Positions 63,062 to 64,000 of a stretch of DNA of 64,000 nucleotides are shown here, one piece after another; the stretch's first letter is position 1; each line of letters opens with the position of its first letter. This DNA is from Escherichia phage vB_EcoM_ASO1B. Under the pieces are notes generated by a model, which was not told where the DNA came from, did not search any database, and worked only from the letters and a program-made list of their open reading frames with translations. The stretch is from the sequence record MZ726792.1; one strand, written 5' to 3'. The translations under genes were made by a program, and so were the position numbers.

Positions 63062-63295
63062 TCATAGCAACTCCAGAATATCAATACGTTCACCTTTGAG
63101 TACTCCAGTACGGTCTTTTGCAATCTTACCGTCAACGATAAGGATGTGTGTAGACCTTAAAGCGTCGTTGTTAAAGGTTTTTACGAACTTGCTAGGCATG
63201 ACTACAATGGACATCTCCTGAATTAACTCTGGAGTGTAGCAGTTATCATGAAGTTGCTGAATAACGTCTGCAAGTGTCATTTTTGATGTCTCCAA
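63062..63295 (-). CDS. hypothetical protein
   Basis: 77-aa ORF. Confidence 0.45.
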   Translation of the reverse strand: METSKMTLADVIQQLHDNCYTPELIQEMSIVVMPSKFVKTFNNDALRSTHILIVDGKIAKDRTGVLKGERIDILELL

Positions 63296-63486
63296 TATTC
63301 AATATCTACAAGTTCTTGTGCAATGCTTTTAAGGTTACTTTTAAGGAAAACTTTCTCACCACCAGACAGGGAAGTGTTATCAATGAGTCTATTCATTTTC
63401 TCAAACAACTTCTGCTTACGGTTCTTGATAGTTTCCTTTGAAGCACCTTTCATCATCGCTGCATGGGTTCTTCCACGATGGCTCAT
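63277..63486 (-). CDS. hypothetical basic protein
   Basis: 69-aa ORF. Confidence 0.45.
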   Translation of the reverse strand: MSHRGRTHAAMMKGASKETIKNRKQKLFEKMNRLIDNTSLSGGEKVFLKSNLKSIAQELVDIEYWRHQK

Positions 63487-63537
63487 AAGCCCTCCTATAC
63501 AAGATGTAGTATAAGGTACTCTTCCATGAGCACCTTG

Positions 63538-63945
63538 TCAACTTAGTTTTGCAAACTCTCCGTGGAGTTTAATAGCAGCTTCACAGTAAGCTTTATGGGC
63601 TTCTTCTTCTGTTGTGTACGTCCCTATATGTATAGTCTTACCATTATGGTTAATCTGGGCTATCCACTTACCAGACTTGCTTCTACTTGTACCTTTTAAG
63701 TTTTTTGATGTTCTGGGTTGTCTCCTATTAGACATGTTCTGCTCTTTTGTGGCCTCTCTTAGATTGTCCCAAGCGTTATTCAAACCATCCCCATCTTTGT
63801 GGTCAATGTGTTTATCAGGCCACTTACCTGTCATCCAGAACCAAGCAATTCGGTGATTACCTGTCCTGTATCCTAAAATCTGTGTGTGCATATACACACC
63901 AGACCTTGTGCGCTTAATTGCTCCGGCTTGGCTTCCAATGACCAC
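63538..63945 (-). mobile_element. HNH homing endonuclease with AP2-like DNA-binding domain
   Basis: HIDHKDGDGLNNAWDNL (HNH) and KWIAQINHNGKTIHIGTYTTEEEAHKAY (AP2-like); N-terminus may extend toward window edge. Confidence 0.65.
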
Positions 63946-64000
63946 CCTACTACTATGTGGAGGTCTGCCAATCCATGTTAAGACCCCTGTTTCGGGGTCA

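Overview
This 64-kb window looks like part of a virulent tailed dsDNA phage with a contractile tail (myovirus-like), AT-rich and densely coded. Everything below is read from the sequence and ORF track by eye; no database search or folding program was run. Layout: (1) 1-7618, rightward early genes: rIIA, rIIB, a secreted SLT-type transglycosylase, a HAD-like hydrolase, an overlapped spanin-like pair, a macro-domain protein. (2) 7619-14740, ~20 small rightward ORFs, each preceded by one of two families of conserved hairpin cassettes (PeSL-like). (3) 14740-16270, a ~1.5-kb ORF-free, repeat-dense zone flanked by convergent terminators. (4) 16312-24226, leftward block including a T4-lysozyme-like endolysin and an Ig-repeat protein with a paralog. 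(5) 24455-31640, a vWA/MIDAS protein with a possibly TROVE/Ro60-like N-terminus, followed by about 27 tRNA genes interspersed with conserved stem-closed non-tRNA modules. (6) 31863-55626, structural module: terminase, portal, S49 protease/scaffold, capsid, sheath, tube, tape measure, baseplate, two His-box tail fibers. (7) 55663-63945, leftward thymidylate synthase, DHFR, ATP-dependent DNA ligase and an HNH-AP2 endonuclease. Gene content resembles Felix-O1-like phages but that is unconfirmed. The candidate I rate highest for novelty is the vWA/TROVE-like protein plus the structured RNA modules in the tRNA array (a possible Ro/Y-RNA-type module); the repeat-dense ORF-free zone and the hairpin cassettes come next.
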